From Euryarchaeota archaeon UBA602 (GTDB taxonomy: Archaea > Thermoplasmatota > Poseidoniia > Poseidoniales > Thalassarchaeaceae), in the NCBI GenBank assembly GCA_002498455.1, contig DAHO01000052.1, positions 25,527 through 87,802 on the forward strand: a stretch of 62,276 nucleotides of DNA. The letters are read 5' to 3'. Position numbers and translations under genes: made by a program. The notes beneath the pieces are model-generated. The model searched no databases and was not told the DNA's origin. It was given only the letters and a program-made list of their open reading frames with translations. Shown here piece after piece: positions 42,527 through 51,515 of this stretch; the first letter of the stretch is position 1; the number at the start of each line of letters is the position of its first letter.

Positions 42527-45339
42527 GCCTGTTTCTTTGCCTCAACTTGACGTGCCAAAAACGAGACGACATCTAGGATTTCGAAATCGTGCTTTGGATC
42601 TCCCTCAAATTTGAGGCACTCAAAGTGAGTGACACACTTTGGACAGGATGTAAGCATGATATCGGCGCCGGTTGCACGAACTTCATCGAAACGCTGTACT
42701 CGCAGGGCGCGACTGTCTTCATTGCAAGACATCATACTGGATACACCACAGCAGAGTGCATCTTCACCATGGTGTTCCATTTCCACCAAGTCGACGCCCT
42801 CCACAGAACAGACCAAGTTTCGAGGCTCATCGTAAATTTCCATTTGACGTCCCAAGCGGCATGGGTCATGATATGTCACAGTCACATCTTCCTCCGTCTT
42901 GAGATTCATATCGAACCCATTCTCAATCAGGAATTCAGTAGTGTGCATGACCTTGATTCCTTCCAATTCGTAATCCTTGGCAAAGGTCTTGAAACATTCA
43001 GCACAACTGGAAACCAATGTTTCAATGCCACTGGCCTGAATTTTCTTCTGGTTGTAAGCCTTCAACTTCTCAAAGACTTCATCCATACCTTGCCACTTTT
43101 GGTCGTGTCCACAGCATTTCAGGAAGTCACGCCCAAGATAGGAAACGTCCTTATCCATCTCTTCAAACAGAGTGAATGCAGATGTCGTCGCGTCTCCGAG
43201 GTTCATTTCGCCCTCATTGACGTGGCTGAAAATCATCTCTTGATCCAAATAATCAACACATCCAGGGTAATATCCGATGCTTGAATCGATGGGGTAGTCC
43301 TCGACTGGGATGAAATCAGCATCTCGCTCTTCCTCAGCTTCTGCAGCAAGAACTGCTTGCAATACTGTATGTGGGATGTTCGATGCAGGGGGTCCACCTA
43401 CAATCAGTGCTCTTCGCATATCGACATAAGAGTCGTAGTCAACCAATTGTGGGCAGGCATTTGTACAAGCAGAACAAGTGAGACAAGAGTACAGAGGCAC
43501 TCCATCATCTTCATTGTTCCAAGTATTGTAGATGATGTTGAGTTTATCACCGGCATTGAACAATCGCACGGGACATGCATCATCACAGAGGTCACAGCCG
43601 TAACACTTGTTCATCTCGTATTCGTATCCTCGTGCCATGCTGCGCATGAGCATGAAGACTACAGCGCCTACGCCCAAACAGGGGATAAACAGCGAATAGA
43701 TTAGTTTCGCATCCAAACTCTTGGGGTTCTTGTGATAGGTCGGGTTCTCGACCATATGGCTCGACAGTGATGCGATGTCTAGGCCAATGTCTGCTCGAGT
43801 GAGGTTGGTGGGGTCGTCACGATTCAAAGCTTGACCATTCTCCCCGATCAGCAACGGCTGGTAAGCAATGACATTGAAGCCAGCGAAGACGGTGTATGAT
43901 GAATTCACACCGGTCCACAAAGTGGAGAATGCAATGTTGTATTCTCCTGGTTCAAGTTTCATCACAGTATTTTCACATGCTCCATCAAAGAAGATCTCCC
44001 CTGATTCAGGCTGGCTGACTGACATGGTCCCAGATCCCTCGCCAATACCCCATTCACTTGAACGCTCATTGCAAGCGATATCGACAAACACAGCCTCTTT
44101 GCCGAAATCCTCGATGTTAAGCACCCATTCGGCTGAGATTGGAACTTCGCCAGTCGCATCATTGCCTGATTCGTTCCAATCTCCAGACACACCGTTACGA
44201 CCGATCTCAGTGTCGGTATGTCCATTGGCTCCACTGAAGTCAATCAGATGTTCTTGAGTTGGTTGGTAGATTCCCCAATTGAGGAAATGTCCTGCCGTGA
44301 CTAAACAGAAATCCGAACGACTGTAGGCATCTTCACCTTCAAATTTGGGATTCTCCCAAACAGGATTCGCCAAACTCTGCTCATAGGTCAAACAATCTTC
44401 TTCGATGAGTTCCCAATGGTGACCTTCATTGATGTTAACAAGCGTATCGACAGGTTGTCCGCGGAGTTCTTCCAAGGCAGATTCTTCATCCATGGCTCCA
44501 AGGCCGCCTTGGTCCCAGAATCCGTTGTTGTAAACGGGCCAAGTCACCGAACACAGAATCACTGTAACAATCAGAGTGGCAATTGAGATTTGTTTCCCTA
44601 ATTGTGGTGAAGTTCGTGCCCCAATGGATTTGACCATGAACCATCGGATGCCCATGTACAGGGCAATCCATATGAAAATCCCAGTCAAAATCCAAGGTAC
44701 AGCATTGAACAATTCAGCAATCCAGGGGGCTCTTGTTCCACAATTCAACCCAGCATGTGAATTCAGTTGACAGAAGTCTGTCCGATTTTTCCCATACAAC
44801 TCAAGGAAGATATTGATTGAGAATACACTGATGAACCAAACGTGTGCCAAATAAATGGCTCCCGCAGTCGCAAACCATGGATCTTCCACACCACGCTTTT
44901 CTCGGCCTGGTAGGAAGGGTGGTAGAGCGAGGATTCCGACGGGCAAACCGGTAATGGCGGCACCCCACCATGCAGCATTCCAAGCAATGACGGGCTGTCC
45001 AAAGAATTCACCAATCGGCCCAGCAGGAATATCGAATTGGGGTAAATATTCACCCCAGCGAAGGTATCCGTAACTGAATAGAACGTACCAGTCAGGGAAT
45101 ACGAATCCAGCCTGTGCATAAGGATCCGCAGCACCGTGTAGGGGGGGCGGAATCAGCCATGAATAAAATGCCAAAACGGCAATCATGGATGCGAAAATAA
45201 TCCCATCTCGAAGAACTTCATGCGGCCAAAATGCATGGCCTACGAACACACGTCGCCGCTCATTGTCAGCGGATTGGAGGCTGTCCTTCTCACGAACATA
45301 GGTGTCCGCGATCCGGCCGAGGTTCTCAATTAGTCCCAT
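42523..45339 (-). CDS. fusion protein: cytochrome b C-terminal half (subunit-IV-like), large extracytoplasmic insert, TM, then an HdrD/GlpC-like 2x[4Fe-4S] plus two CCG domains
   Basis: The N-terminal part carries FVFPDWYVLFSYGYLRW, the PEWY-type motif of cytochrome b C-terminal domains and b6f subunit IV. The C-terminal part has CYGCDLCDDACP and CLTCSACTNACP, followed by two CCG-type modules (PGC...CCGHD...SCAEC and DPC...CCGVS...SCPKC). The ATG at 45339 has GGAG 10 nt upstream and is preferred to the TTG at 45348. Confidence 0.8.
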   Translation of the reverse strand: MGLIENLGRIADTYVREKDSLQSADNERRRVFVGHAFWPHEVLRDGIIFASMIAVLAFYSWLIPPPLHGAADPYAQAGFVFPDWYVLFSYGYLRWGEYLPQFDIPAGPIGEFFGQPVIAWNAAWWGAAITGLPVGILALPPFLPGREKRGVEDPWFATAGAIYLAHVWFISVFSINIFLELYGKNRTDFCQLNSHAGLNCGTRAPWIAELFNAVPWILTGIFIWIALYMGIRWFMVKSIGARTSPQLGKQISIATLIVTVILCSVTWPVYNNGFWDQGGLGAMDEESALEELRGQPVDTLVNINEGHHWELIEEDCLTYEQSLANPVWENPKFEGEDAYSRSDFCLVTAGHFLNWGIYQPTQEHLIDFSGANGHTDTEIGRNGVSGDWNESGNDATGEVPISAEWVLNIEDFGKEAVFVDIACNERSSEWGIGEGSGTMSVSQPESGEIFFDGACENTVMKLEPGEYNIAFSTLWTGVNSSYTVFAGFNVIAYQPLLIGENGQALNRDDPTNLTRADIGLDIASLSSHMVENPTYHKNPKSLDAKLIYSLFIPCLGVGAVVFMLMRSMARGYEYEMNKCYGCDLCDDACPVRLFNAGDKLNIIYNTWNNEDDGVPLYSCLTCSACTNACPQLVDYDSYVDMRRALIVGGPPASNIPHTVLQAVLAAEAEEERDADFIPVEDYPIDSSIGYYPGCVDYLDQEMIFSHVNEGEMNLGDATTSAFTLFEEMDKDVSYLGRDFLKCCGHDQKWQGMDEVFEKLKAYNQKKIQASGIETLVSSCAECFKTFAKDYELEGIKVMHTTEFLIENGFDMNLKTEEDVTVTYHDPCRLGRQMEIYDEPRNLVCSVEGVDLVEMEHHGEDALCCGVSSMMSCNEDSRALRVQRFDEVRATGADIMLTSCPKCVTHFECLKFEGDPKHDFEILDVVSFLARQVEAKKQA

Positions 45340-45354
45340 TTTCTTCAACTCCGA

Positions 45355-46221
45355 TCAATGCGGCTCCGCGATTCCTTGAACCCACACAATGAACAGGTGG
45401 ATCAATATCAGTGATGTCACGATCACGGGCAATATAAACACATGCAGGAAATACATCCGAGTCACGGTTTGGTAAGTCAGGCTCGTCCCTCCAAACATTG
45501 CATTGGCCACCCATGGTCCGATGAGAGGAGTGCTGTTTGCCATGTTGATACCGATGGTTGCAGCGCCGAAGGCTAGACTGTCCCATGGCAACAAATATCC
45601 GGAGTAACCAAAGAAGATTACAAAAAACATGAGTGCGACCCCAATCAGCCAATTTAGTTCACGCGGATTCCGGTAAGCACCGGTGAAGTAGACTCTGCAC
45701 ATGTGCAAGAATACCGCGGCGACCATGAAATGTGTAGTCCAGTGGTGAATGGAACGGATGATGTATCCAAAGGGCAACTGGGTCATGATGAACTCCATGC
45801 TAGAGTAAGCTGGAGTGGGGTCGCCCTCTCCTCCAGGCACGTAATAGATGCCAAGGATTGTTCCCGTAATTACCAAGATGATGAAGGCGAGGAAGGAGAT
45901 GCCACCTAGACAATACAGGGGATACCAATACCAAATGATTCGTAATTTGTACTTCTCAGCATGAGTGAGGGGCATCTGTCGATGCATGCTGTGGTATGCA
46001 TCACGAGACATGGCCCAATAATCTTGGACACGGAATCGAGTATCAAGCCAAGAGAATGCCCAAAGGAATGTTTTCTCGACAAGTCCCAGTTTACCTGTGG
46101 ATTCTACTGCTCGAAGGATTTCTTTGCGAGGCATTTCCTCGTTCTCCTTACGCAATGTAAATGCCACGATGACCGTGATGACAGCAATAAAAAGTCCCAG
46201 TAACCAAACTTGTAACATCAT
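45355..46221 (-). CDS. cytochrome b, N-terminal (b6-like, haem-binding) half
   Basis: RSIHHWTTHFMVAAVFLHMCRVYFTGAYRNPRELNWLIGV...GYSGYLLPWD is the classical cytochrome b/b6 pattern with paired His ligands. The ORF is 288 aa. Confidence 0.85.
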   Translation of the reverse strand: MMLQVWLLGLFIAVITVIVAFTLRKENEEMPRKEILRAVESTGKLGLVEKTFLWAFSWLDTRFRVQDYWAMSRDAYHSMHRQMPLTHAEKYKLRIIWYWYPLYCLGGISFLAFIILVITGTILGIYYVPGGEGDPTPAYSSMEFIMTQLPFGYIIRSIHHWTTHFMVAAVFLHMCRVYFTGAYRNPRELNWLIGVALMFFVIFFGYSGYLLPWDSLAFGAATIGINMANSTPLIGPWVANAMFGGTSLTYQTVTRMYFLHVFILPVIVTSLILIHLFIVWVQGIAEPH

Positions 46222-46227
46222 TTCACC

Positions 46228-47100
46228 TCAATCGCAGAATGTGTACCACTCTTGGTACGTTGAAAGTCCCTTGATCACGTCATCTTCTACCGTGAATGGA
46301 ATCAAGGGCAGTCCTACAGGGGCGGGGCCACCCGTCAGGCGGACTCCGAAGTAGTCGAATGTCGACCCATTGCTTCGATTTCGATTTCGATTCTTCTCAA
46401 GCATTGTAGGGTCATAGCGAGATGAGTGGCAAATGCAGAACAATTTGTTGCCTCCTGCATCCACGCCACCCGGCAACCAAGTATCTGCAGTGAAGTCATT
46501 CGCAACCAACTGCCATCCGGGGATGCAACACAGATGTGGACATCGGCTAAACATCAATAGAATATTGTCATGGGGCTGGAGTGCTGTATCTGGACTTCCA
46601 TCCTCAAGGGTGACATCAAAAATTTCACGACCGTGTCCGATGAATGTTCCAGCTGCATCATAACCTTCGCCATATTGAATGCGAGGGATGCCTTCAGCGG
46701 GTGGTTTCGATTCATTTTCTTCATGAGGGATGTAGACGATATTCACGGGCATCCCACTCCATACACCTTGGGCACCAGACATTCCTGTCGAAGATTTGGC
46801 GGCTTCAGCTTCAAGGTGTGACTTTTGCATTTCTTGTTCATGGAGTGACCCATACCAGACGGTGTCTTCTTGCCCTTTTGGGACCCAATATTTGACACCC
46901 GTGTCTTCGCCACCGGTATCGGCTTGTCCCATTAGGAATGCTGCGAAGCCAACTGAACCTAGGCTAGCCATGGCGATGGCGCCGCCGGCTGCATTGAATG
47001 TGTACTTCATGAAGCGACGGCGATCGAGCATTGAACTATCATTCTCTGCTCCTGCATCCAGGGATCCTGGCGCGGGTCGGAGTCGAAATTGTCTAGCCAT
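46228..47100 (-). CDS. Rieske [2Fe-2S] protein with a twin-arginine signal
   Basis: It shows CPHLCC ... CICHSSRY (Rieske boxes I and II) and DRRRFMKY (a Tat motif). The ATG at 47100 is preferred to the TTG at 47124. Confidence 0.85.
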   Translation of the reverse strand: MARQFRLRPAPGSLDAGAENDSSMLDRRRFMKYTFNAAGGAIAMASLGSVGFAAFLMGQADTGGEDTGVKYWVPKGQEDTVWYGSLHEQEMQKSHLEAEAAKSSTGMSGAQGVWSGMPVNIVYIPHEENESKPPAEGIPRIQYGEGYDAAGTFIGHGREIFDVTLEDGSPDTALQPHDNILLMFSRCPHLCCIPGWQLVANDFTADTWLPGGVDAGGNKLFCICHSSRYDPTMLEKNRNRNRSNGSTFDYFGVRLTGGPAPVGLPLIPFTVEDDVIKGLSTYQEWYTFCD

Positions 47101-47102
47101 AT

Positions 47103-47552
47103 TCACACCTTGTAATCCTTCCAACTGTTGGAGTCCTTCGGAGTAATGTACTTGTTTCGTCGATGTTTAACAATCAGTGTATCTGGCATCACCCATTTCA
47201 GGTAAACGATGCCCATGATAATGATGGTCGTCAACATCATCGCAAGGAAGAAAGAGAGCATTTGTTGGTCCCAGTGGTTGAACAGCCCATAAGCCAACCC
47301 TCCTGCCCAATAGATGGTCCAAAATAGTCCCCACACGAAGACGATTGTTACCAACCAAGTCGACGCACTGGGGGATATACTTGAGCGAACGATGGTCCCT
47401 GGCTCAGGCATATTGAATACACCATGGTCCACTGCAGTGATGTACTCTTCCTCAGTTAGGTTGACATCTTCCAAAGCAAATCTAGCATCCTCGAGACTCA
47501 CTTCGCCAGATTTAACCTGACGCAGTAACCGCATGACAATGTCTTCACTCAT
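47103..47552 (-). CDS. membrane protein (soluble N-terminal helix plus 3 TM) in the Rieske/cyt b operon
   Basis: This 149-aa ORF has an ATG overlapping the upstream stop (ATGA). Hydrophobic segments are WLVTIVFVWGLFWTIYWAGGLAYGLF and LSFFLAMMLTTIIIMGIVYL. Confidence 0.55.
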   Translation of the reverse strand: MSEDIVMRLLRQVKSGEVSLEDARFALEDVNLTEEEYITAVDHGVFNMPEPGTIVRSSISPSASTWLVTIVFVWGLFWTIYWAGGLAYGLFNHWDQQMLSFFLAMMLTTIIIMGIVYLKWVMPDTLIVKHRRNKYITPKDSNSWKDYKV

Positions 47553-48364
47553 AGTTGGTCACCTCGTCGCAAGTGTTTCATCCGAAGACGGATTAGATTT
47601 GATCGCCCTTCATAGTGTCGACTGAATCCATATCGAAGGAAGAATCCACAAAACACAATCACGGCAACAACAGCACCGAATCCGAGTAGCCCCAACCAAT
47701 GGGCTCGGAATGGTGCCCCCATGTGGTGTAGGTCAACGTGTCCATGGTCTGCAGCCGGCGGGGCAACGTCTCCATTTCCTGCAAAGATGGTTCGCACCGT
47801 ACCGCTGTCGTCGCCTTCTCCCAACGAGAATGAAAGACGATTCCAAGCATCCCCTGTTGGAGCTCCATCTCCATTGACACTGTTGCCTGCCAACCAGAAT
47901 GTCACATCTCCACTGCCTGATTCGGGAGGAGTCCATGTGAACATCCATGCTCGATCACTCGGGTTGTTTCCAGCCTCAGTGTGTGTGAGTGTAAATTCAT
48001 CCTCTCCATTCTGCACCAAGTTTTCATATCCAGCCGCAGCGCCAAGTGCTCCGTCAGAGACGCGCATCGAGAATCCAGCCGATGCTGATCCGCCGATTTC
48101 AGGCCCTCCGATAATCTGGATTTTCATCGTATACACTTTCGTGGAATCATATTGGTAAGGGGCCTCAGCAACCATGACAGTGACGGAGTCATCTGGGGCA
48201 ATTTCATTACCAGAATGACACGTACATCCTGTCTTGGCAACATCTGTATCTCCTTCGGCTTCATTGCCATAAATTCCACCTGGGACGGCTTGAGATGAAC
48301 CGGCTACAAAAAGCAGCATCAGCAGACCGGTAAGGATGACGCGTGTCCGGAGGGATAGTGCCAA
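47549..48364 (-). CDS. exported, C-terminally anchored protein; first gene of the Rieske/cyt b operon
   Basis: This 271-aa ORF has a TTG start, a signal peptide LTGLLMLLFVAGSSQA, a beta-rich domain with GCTCHSG and NSVNGDGAPTGDAWN, and a C-terminal TM WLGLLGFGAVVAVIVFCGFFL. Confidence 0.6.
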   Translation of the reverse strand: MALSLRTRVILTGLLMLLFVAGSSQAVPGGIYGNEAEGDTDVAKTGCTCHSGNEIAPDDSVTVMVAEAPYQYDSTKVYTMKIQIIGGPEIGGSASAGFSMRVSDGALGAAAGYENLVQNGEDEFTLTHTEAGNNPSDRAWMFTWTPPESGSGDVTFWLAGNSVNGDGAPTGDAWNRLSFSLGEGDDSGTVRTIFAGNGDVAPPAADHGHVDLHHMGAPFRAHWLGLLGFGAVVAVIVFCGFFLRYGFSRHYEGRSNLIRLRMKHLRRGDQL

Positions 48365-48535
48365 GTTACCAAGCCTCGTAGGTGTCGCTCACCTACGGTG
48401 AGAACCGCCATGAACGACCAACATAAACCTTGCTTATTGGTGACATCAAAATCACCCGCAGTAAGTCGAATTTTCACTACTTAAATCAACGCACTACTCC
48501 GCAGTCCTGAATAGCCTAAAACTCCTCGCAGGGGC

Positions 48536-48841
48536 ATGTCAGAGCGAACTTGGGAGAATACGTACAACCTCACAGATGAGCAATTGTCGAATTTAGAGGA
48601 TGCTGAAGCCCTCATGGAACGCATGGATTTGACCGGTGCCGAGCGCCTGTTACTCTCAATGTTGGAAGAATCACCAGGGTGTATTCCAGTGCTATCCAAT
48701 CTCGGTTATCTATATGGTAAGCATCTGTCGGAATTTGAGGATGCAGTGAAGTATTATGATATGGTGCTGGAAATCGAGCCAGACAATGCATGGGCGAGGG
48801 ACGCTCGACGAAGATATTCGAGATACATTGGTCGCGATTAG
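48536..48841 (+). CDS. small TPR-repeat protein
   Basis: This 101-aa ORF shows LSNLGYLYGKHLSEFEDAVKYYDMVLEIEPDNAWARD, a TPR-type helix pair. Confidence 0.6.
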   Translation: MSERTWENTYNLTDEQLSNLEDAEALMERMDLTGAERLLLSMLEESPGCIPVLSNLGYLYGKHLSEFEDAVKYYDMVLEIEPDNAWARDARRRYSRYIGRD

Positions 48842-48879
48842 TCAACAATCCTCATGTCCTCCCTTGTCCAGCGGGCATT

Positions 48880-49794
48880 ATGCAGGAGGGTGAACTGCTC
48901 ATCGCCGGTGTGGGCACACTGGGTTGTACTTGGGCAAAAGCGGCTCAAGCTCATGTTTCTGAGTGGGTAGATTTGGCACTTATTGACGCAGATAACTTCT
49001 CCATGGATGGCGTTCGACACGCCAATTGTTTGCTATTGGGTGACACTCCCTCCGAGGTAGGCTGTGCAGGCATGCCTCAATTGGCTGAGGCTCGGATGCG
49101 TTCTCTACAACCCATTGCTTCCCATTTTCTTGAGCAGGCCGAGTTGGTTCTGGTTCTGACTGGACTCGGTGGCGGCTCTGGCTCGGGTGCTGCAATTGAA
49201 TTCGCCCGACAAGCCTCCCAGTCCGGTTGCATGGTTATTGCAATCGCAGGAATGCCATTTGAGGCTCAATCTGAGCGCCAGAAAATCGCCGAAAAGGCAT
49301 TGATACGTCTGAAAGCAGTTTCCGATGTGTGTGTCGAACTCAGTCTAGATCGTATGGCGTGGCAGGCTCGAGAGAGAGGAGTGGATTGGCAGCAAGGATC
49401 TGCATGGGTCGAAGAGTTGTGTGAAGGATTAATGCGAACTTTGGCCAAGGTTGGTCTCATCAACTTAGATTTGATGGATTTACGCGCGATCGTCTCAAAA
49501 ACAGGGGCCTCTACTTTACTGGTCGCAGAGGGCCATTGTGACGAAGCCGACGAACTTTATCGACGTGCACGCTCATCTCCACTCGCGGCCCTATCTGTTG
49601 ATGGGGCAAAAGGCTGCTTGCTTCAAGTTGAGGGGGGCCCCCACATGACACTGAAACAGGTGGAGGGTGTCGCTAACGCATTCACTCAAGTTTTGTCACC
49701 GGATGCTCAAGTCATCATTGGCGCTAGGGTATCGCCGGAATTGGGTGACAGGATGCGTGTGGTGGCAGTGGTCAGTGGTTTACCGAAAGAGTAG
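48880..49794 (+). CDS. divergent FtsZ/tubulin-family protein
   Basis: It aligns by eye with the FtsZ core: LLIAGVGTLGCTW (degenerate G-box 1), LVLTGLGGGSGSGAA (tubulin-signature-like), AIAGMPFEAQSERQ, GLINLDLMDLRAIV (T7 region), GAKGCLLQVEGG. It is trimmed to the ATG at 48880 and is 304 aa. Confidence 0.7.
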   Translation: MQEGELLIAGVGTLGCTWAKAAQAHVSEWVDLALIDADNFSMDGVRHANCLLLGDTPSEVGCAGMPQLAEARMRSLQPIASHFLEQAELVLVLTGLGGGSGSGAAIEFARQASQSGCMVIAIAGMPFEAQSERQKIAEKALIRLKAVSDVCVELSLDRMAWQARERGVDWQQGSAWVEELCEGLMRTLAKVGLINLDLMDLRAIVSKTGASTLLVAEGHCDEADELYRRARSSPLAALSVDGAKGCLLQVEGGPHMTLKQVEGVANAFTQVLSPDAQVIIGARVSPELGDRMRVVAVVSGLPKE

Positions 49795-49796
49795 TC

Positions 49797-51122
49797 CTAT
49801 TCAACAAACCCATCGTCTTCAAGGACAGGGTCAGGAATTTCGACCAATTCAATGTCCGTGTCGAGATTTTGTTCTTCAGGTGTATCTTCGGTTCCATCGA
49901 CTTGTGATTCATCTGGCTCACCGTCTGCCTCAATCACTGAATACTCTTGACGAGCAGAATCCAACCATTGTTCTAGGCTCCCAATTCTCCAACTGTGGAT
50001 CATCAACATCGTGAATGCAGTAATCAAATGGCCAATGCCAATCGTTGTAGATACGCCCAATGTACCGATTGCACCCTCGGTCAACTTTGAACCAAGTACC
50101 GAAATCATGGCGATTGATCCCGAGTATGCCATGCCGAAGGAGAGGCCCCAAAACACTGCATTTTTTTCGTTAAACATCTTGAATCCACGCTGATGTGCCC
50201 CTTTGGCGAGACTCCAAATCGCGGCGATGACGGTAATAATCATCAATATGAATTCCTCTAGGATGAGGAACAGGCCCCAATCTTCGAACATGAATCTCCG
50301 TAAAGCACTCAACAAATGCCAAGTCACAAACAACTGCATGAACAGACCCCATGCGAATCCAAATGCAGCTGTATCCTTGCGTCTTGAATCGGCGATTCTG
50401 CCATCAGTGGTGCGCCAAAAAAGCAGAGCTTGGATTGCAACAGCAACCAACGCGAAGAGGATTGCACCTAACATGTCGATGAAACTCATCTCTTCAGTAC
50501 TGTTCGCCCCCGAGACGAGAATCCAGTAAGTGACAGCGGCGAAAACACCGATGATTGTCATGTGGATTGAAGTTGAAGTGAATCGCTTCGAATTACGCTC
50601 AATAGAGGCAATTTTTACAGCACGTCCCTGAACAAATATACGCAAACTGGTCGACAATGCTCGGCCTTGAGCAAAAGACCAAACCACAAACATCCCTGCA
50701 ATTGCAATTCCCCAATATATGGCTTGATCTTTGCCAGAGTCACTGGTGAGGTAAAGTGAAATCAACGTGAATGGGATTAATCCCAACATTAAGGGGGAAA
50801 TCCATGCGGAAACGATCCGGATGAAGTACAGAAGGATTTTCTCGAGGAATGTAGTTTTTTCCGGCAACGGTTGGAAATGACTGAATTTGTGAATGACATT
50901 CATTTCTTGCATCCAGGCGGTCAACGCATACCCGACAGAAAGCCCAATGAATCCTGCAATTCCGAGAGCAAATAAGGAATCGGAACTCGATGAAGAAATC
51001 ATGTAAAGGATAAATCCTGAAACACCAATCAAGATGACATGTGGTAGTGTAGAAGGATCGAGCAAATTTTTGACAACATCCGTGACGGTCGGAGTCTCGT
51101 CCAGCTCATCCACTTCATCCAT
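49797..51122 (-). CDS. polytopic membrane protein (about 10 TM) with an acidic C-terminal tail
   Basis: The ORF 49797..51209 was trimmed to Met30 (MDEVDELDE) to remove the overlap with the Pop5 gene. The C-terminal tail is EADGEPDESQVDGTEDTPEEQNLDTDIELVEIPDPVLEDDGFVE. Confidence 0.65.
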   Translation of the reverse strand: MDEVDELDETPTVTDVVKNLLDPSTLPHVILIGVSGFILYMISSSSSDSLFALGIAGFIGLSVGYALTAWMQEMNVIHKFSHFQPLPEKTTFLEKILLYFIRIVSAWISPLMLGLIPFTLISLYLTSDSGKDQAIYWGIAIAGMFVVWSFAQGRALSTSLRIFVQGRAVKIASIERNSKRFTSTSIHMTIIGVFAAVTYWILVSGANSTEEMSFIDMLGAILFALVAVAIQALLFWRTTDGRIADSRRKDTAAFGFAWGLFMQLFVTWHLLSALRRFMFEDWGLFLILEEFILMIITVIAAIWSLAKGAHQRGFKMFNEKNAVFWGLSFGMAYSGSIAMISVLGSKLTEGAIGTLGVSTTIGIGHLITAFTMLMIHSWRIGSLEQWLDSARQEYSVIEADGEPDESQVDGTEDTPEEQNLDTDIELVEIPDPVLEDDGFVE

Positions 51123-51174
51123 CGAACACCGCGACGGTGCGAGGCCTGTTAAGTCCGACGCCTGTCGGGCTACC

Positions 51175-51459
51175 ATGGCGAAGCGATTGACGAAGGCGCT
51201 ACGCGGCAAGAGGCGCTGGATTGGCCTTCAGGTTTCAGATTGCAACTCACGAGATGAATTGGAGAAAGCGATTGAAGCCATCGCACCTTCCATTGAGTGG
51301 AAATTAACCGTCTTTGAAGGAGATAAGGCGATTCTAAACGTACGCCTTGAACATTTAGACGAGTGGAAATTGAATCTTGCTGATCCAGCGTCCAACATAT
51401 ATTCGGTTACAACTTCGGGTAAAATACGGCTGGTTAAGGAAAGAATGGGTCTTGATTAA
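51175..51459 (+). CDS. rnp2: RNase P protein component 2 (Pop5/Rpp14 homologue)
   Basis: This is 94 aa counted from the internal ATG. LRGKRRWIGLQV, KLTVFEGDKAILNVRLEH and SVTTSGKIRLVKE match the archaeal Pop5 pattern (LRxKxRYI ... SGTIkxxk). Confidence 0.7.
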   Translation: MAKRLTKALRGKRRWIGLQVSDCNSRDELEKAIEAIAPSIEWKLTVFEGDKAILNVRLEHLDEWKLNLADPASNIYSVTTSGKIRLVKERMGLD

Positions 51460-51515
51460 TTTAACTATAGATTTTAAACACGTCTTTTTGCTGGATTTAA
51501 CATAGCCAAATTGAT

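Noticed and set aside
47549-48364. GCTCHSG read as a haem-c attachment site.
   Set aside because: The motif is CxCH with one intervening residue, not CxxCH, so a cytochrome c call is not supported.
51034-51174. The N-terminal 47 aa of the 141-aa ORF containing Pop5, and the first 29 aa of the opposing membrane-protein ORF.
   Set aside because: The two extensions overlap antisense. The Pop5-like sequence starts at the internal Met (51175), and the membrane protein has an in-frame Met at 51122.
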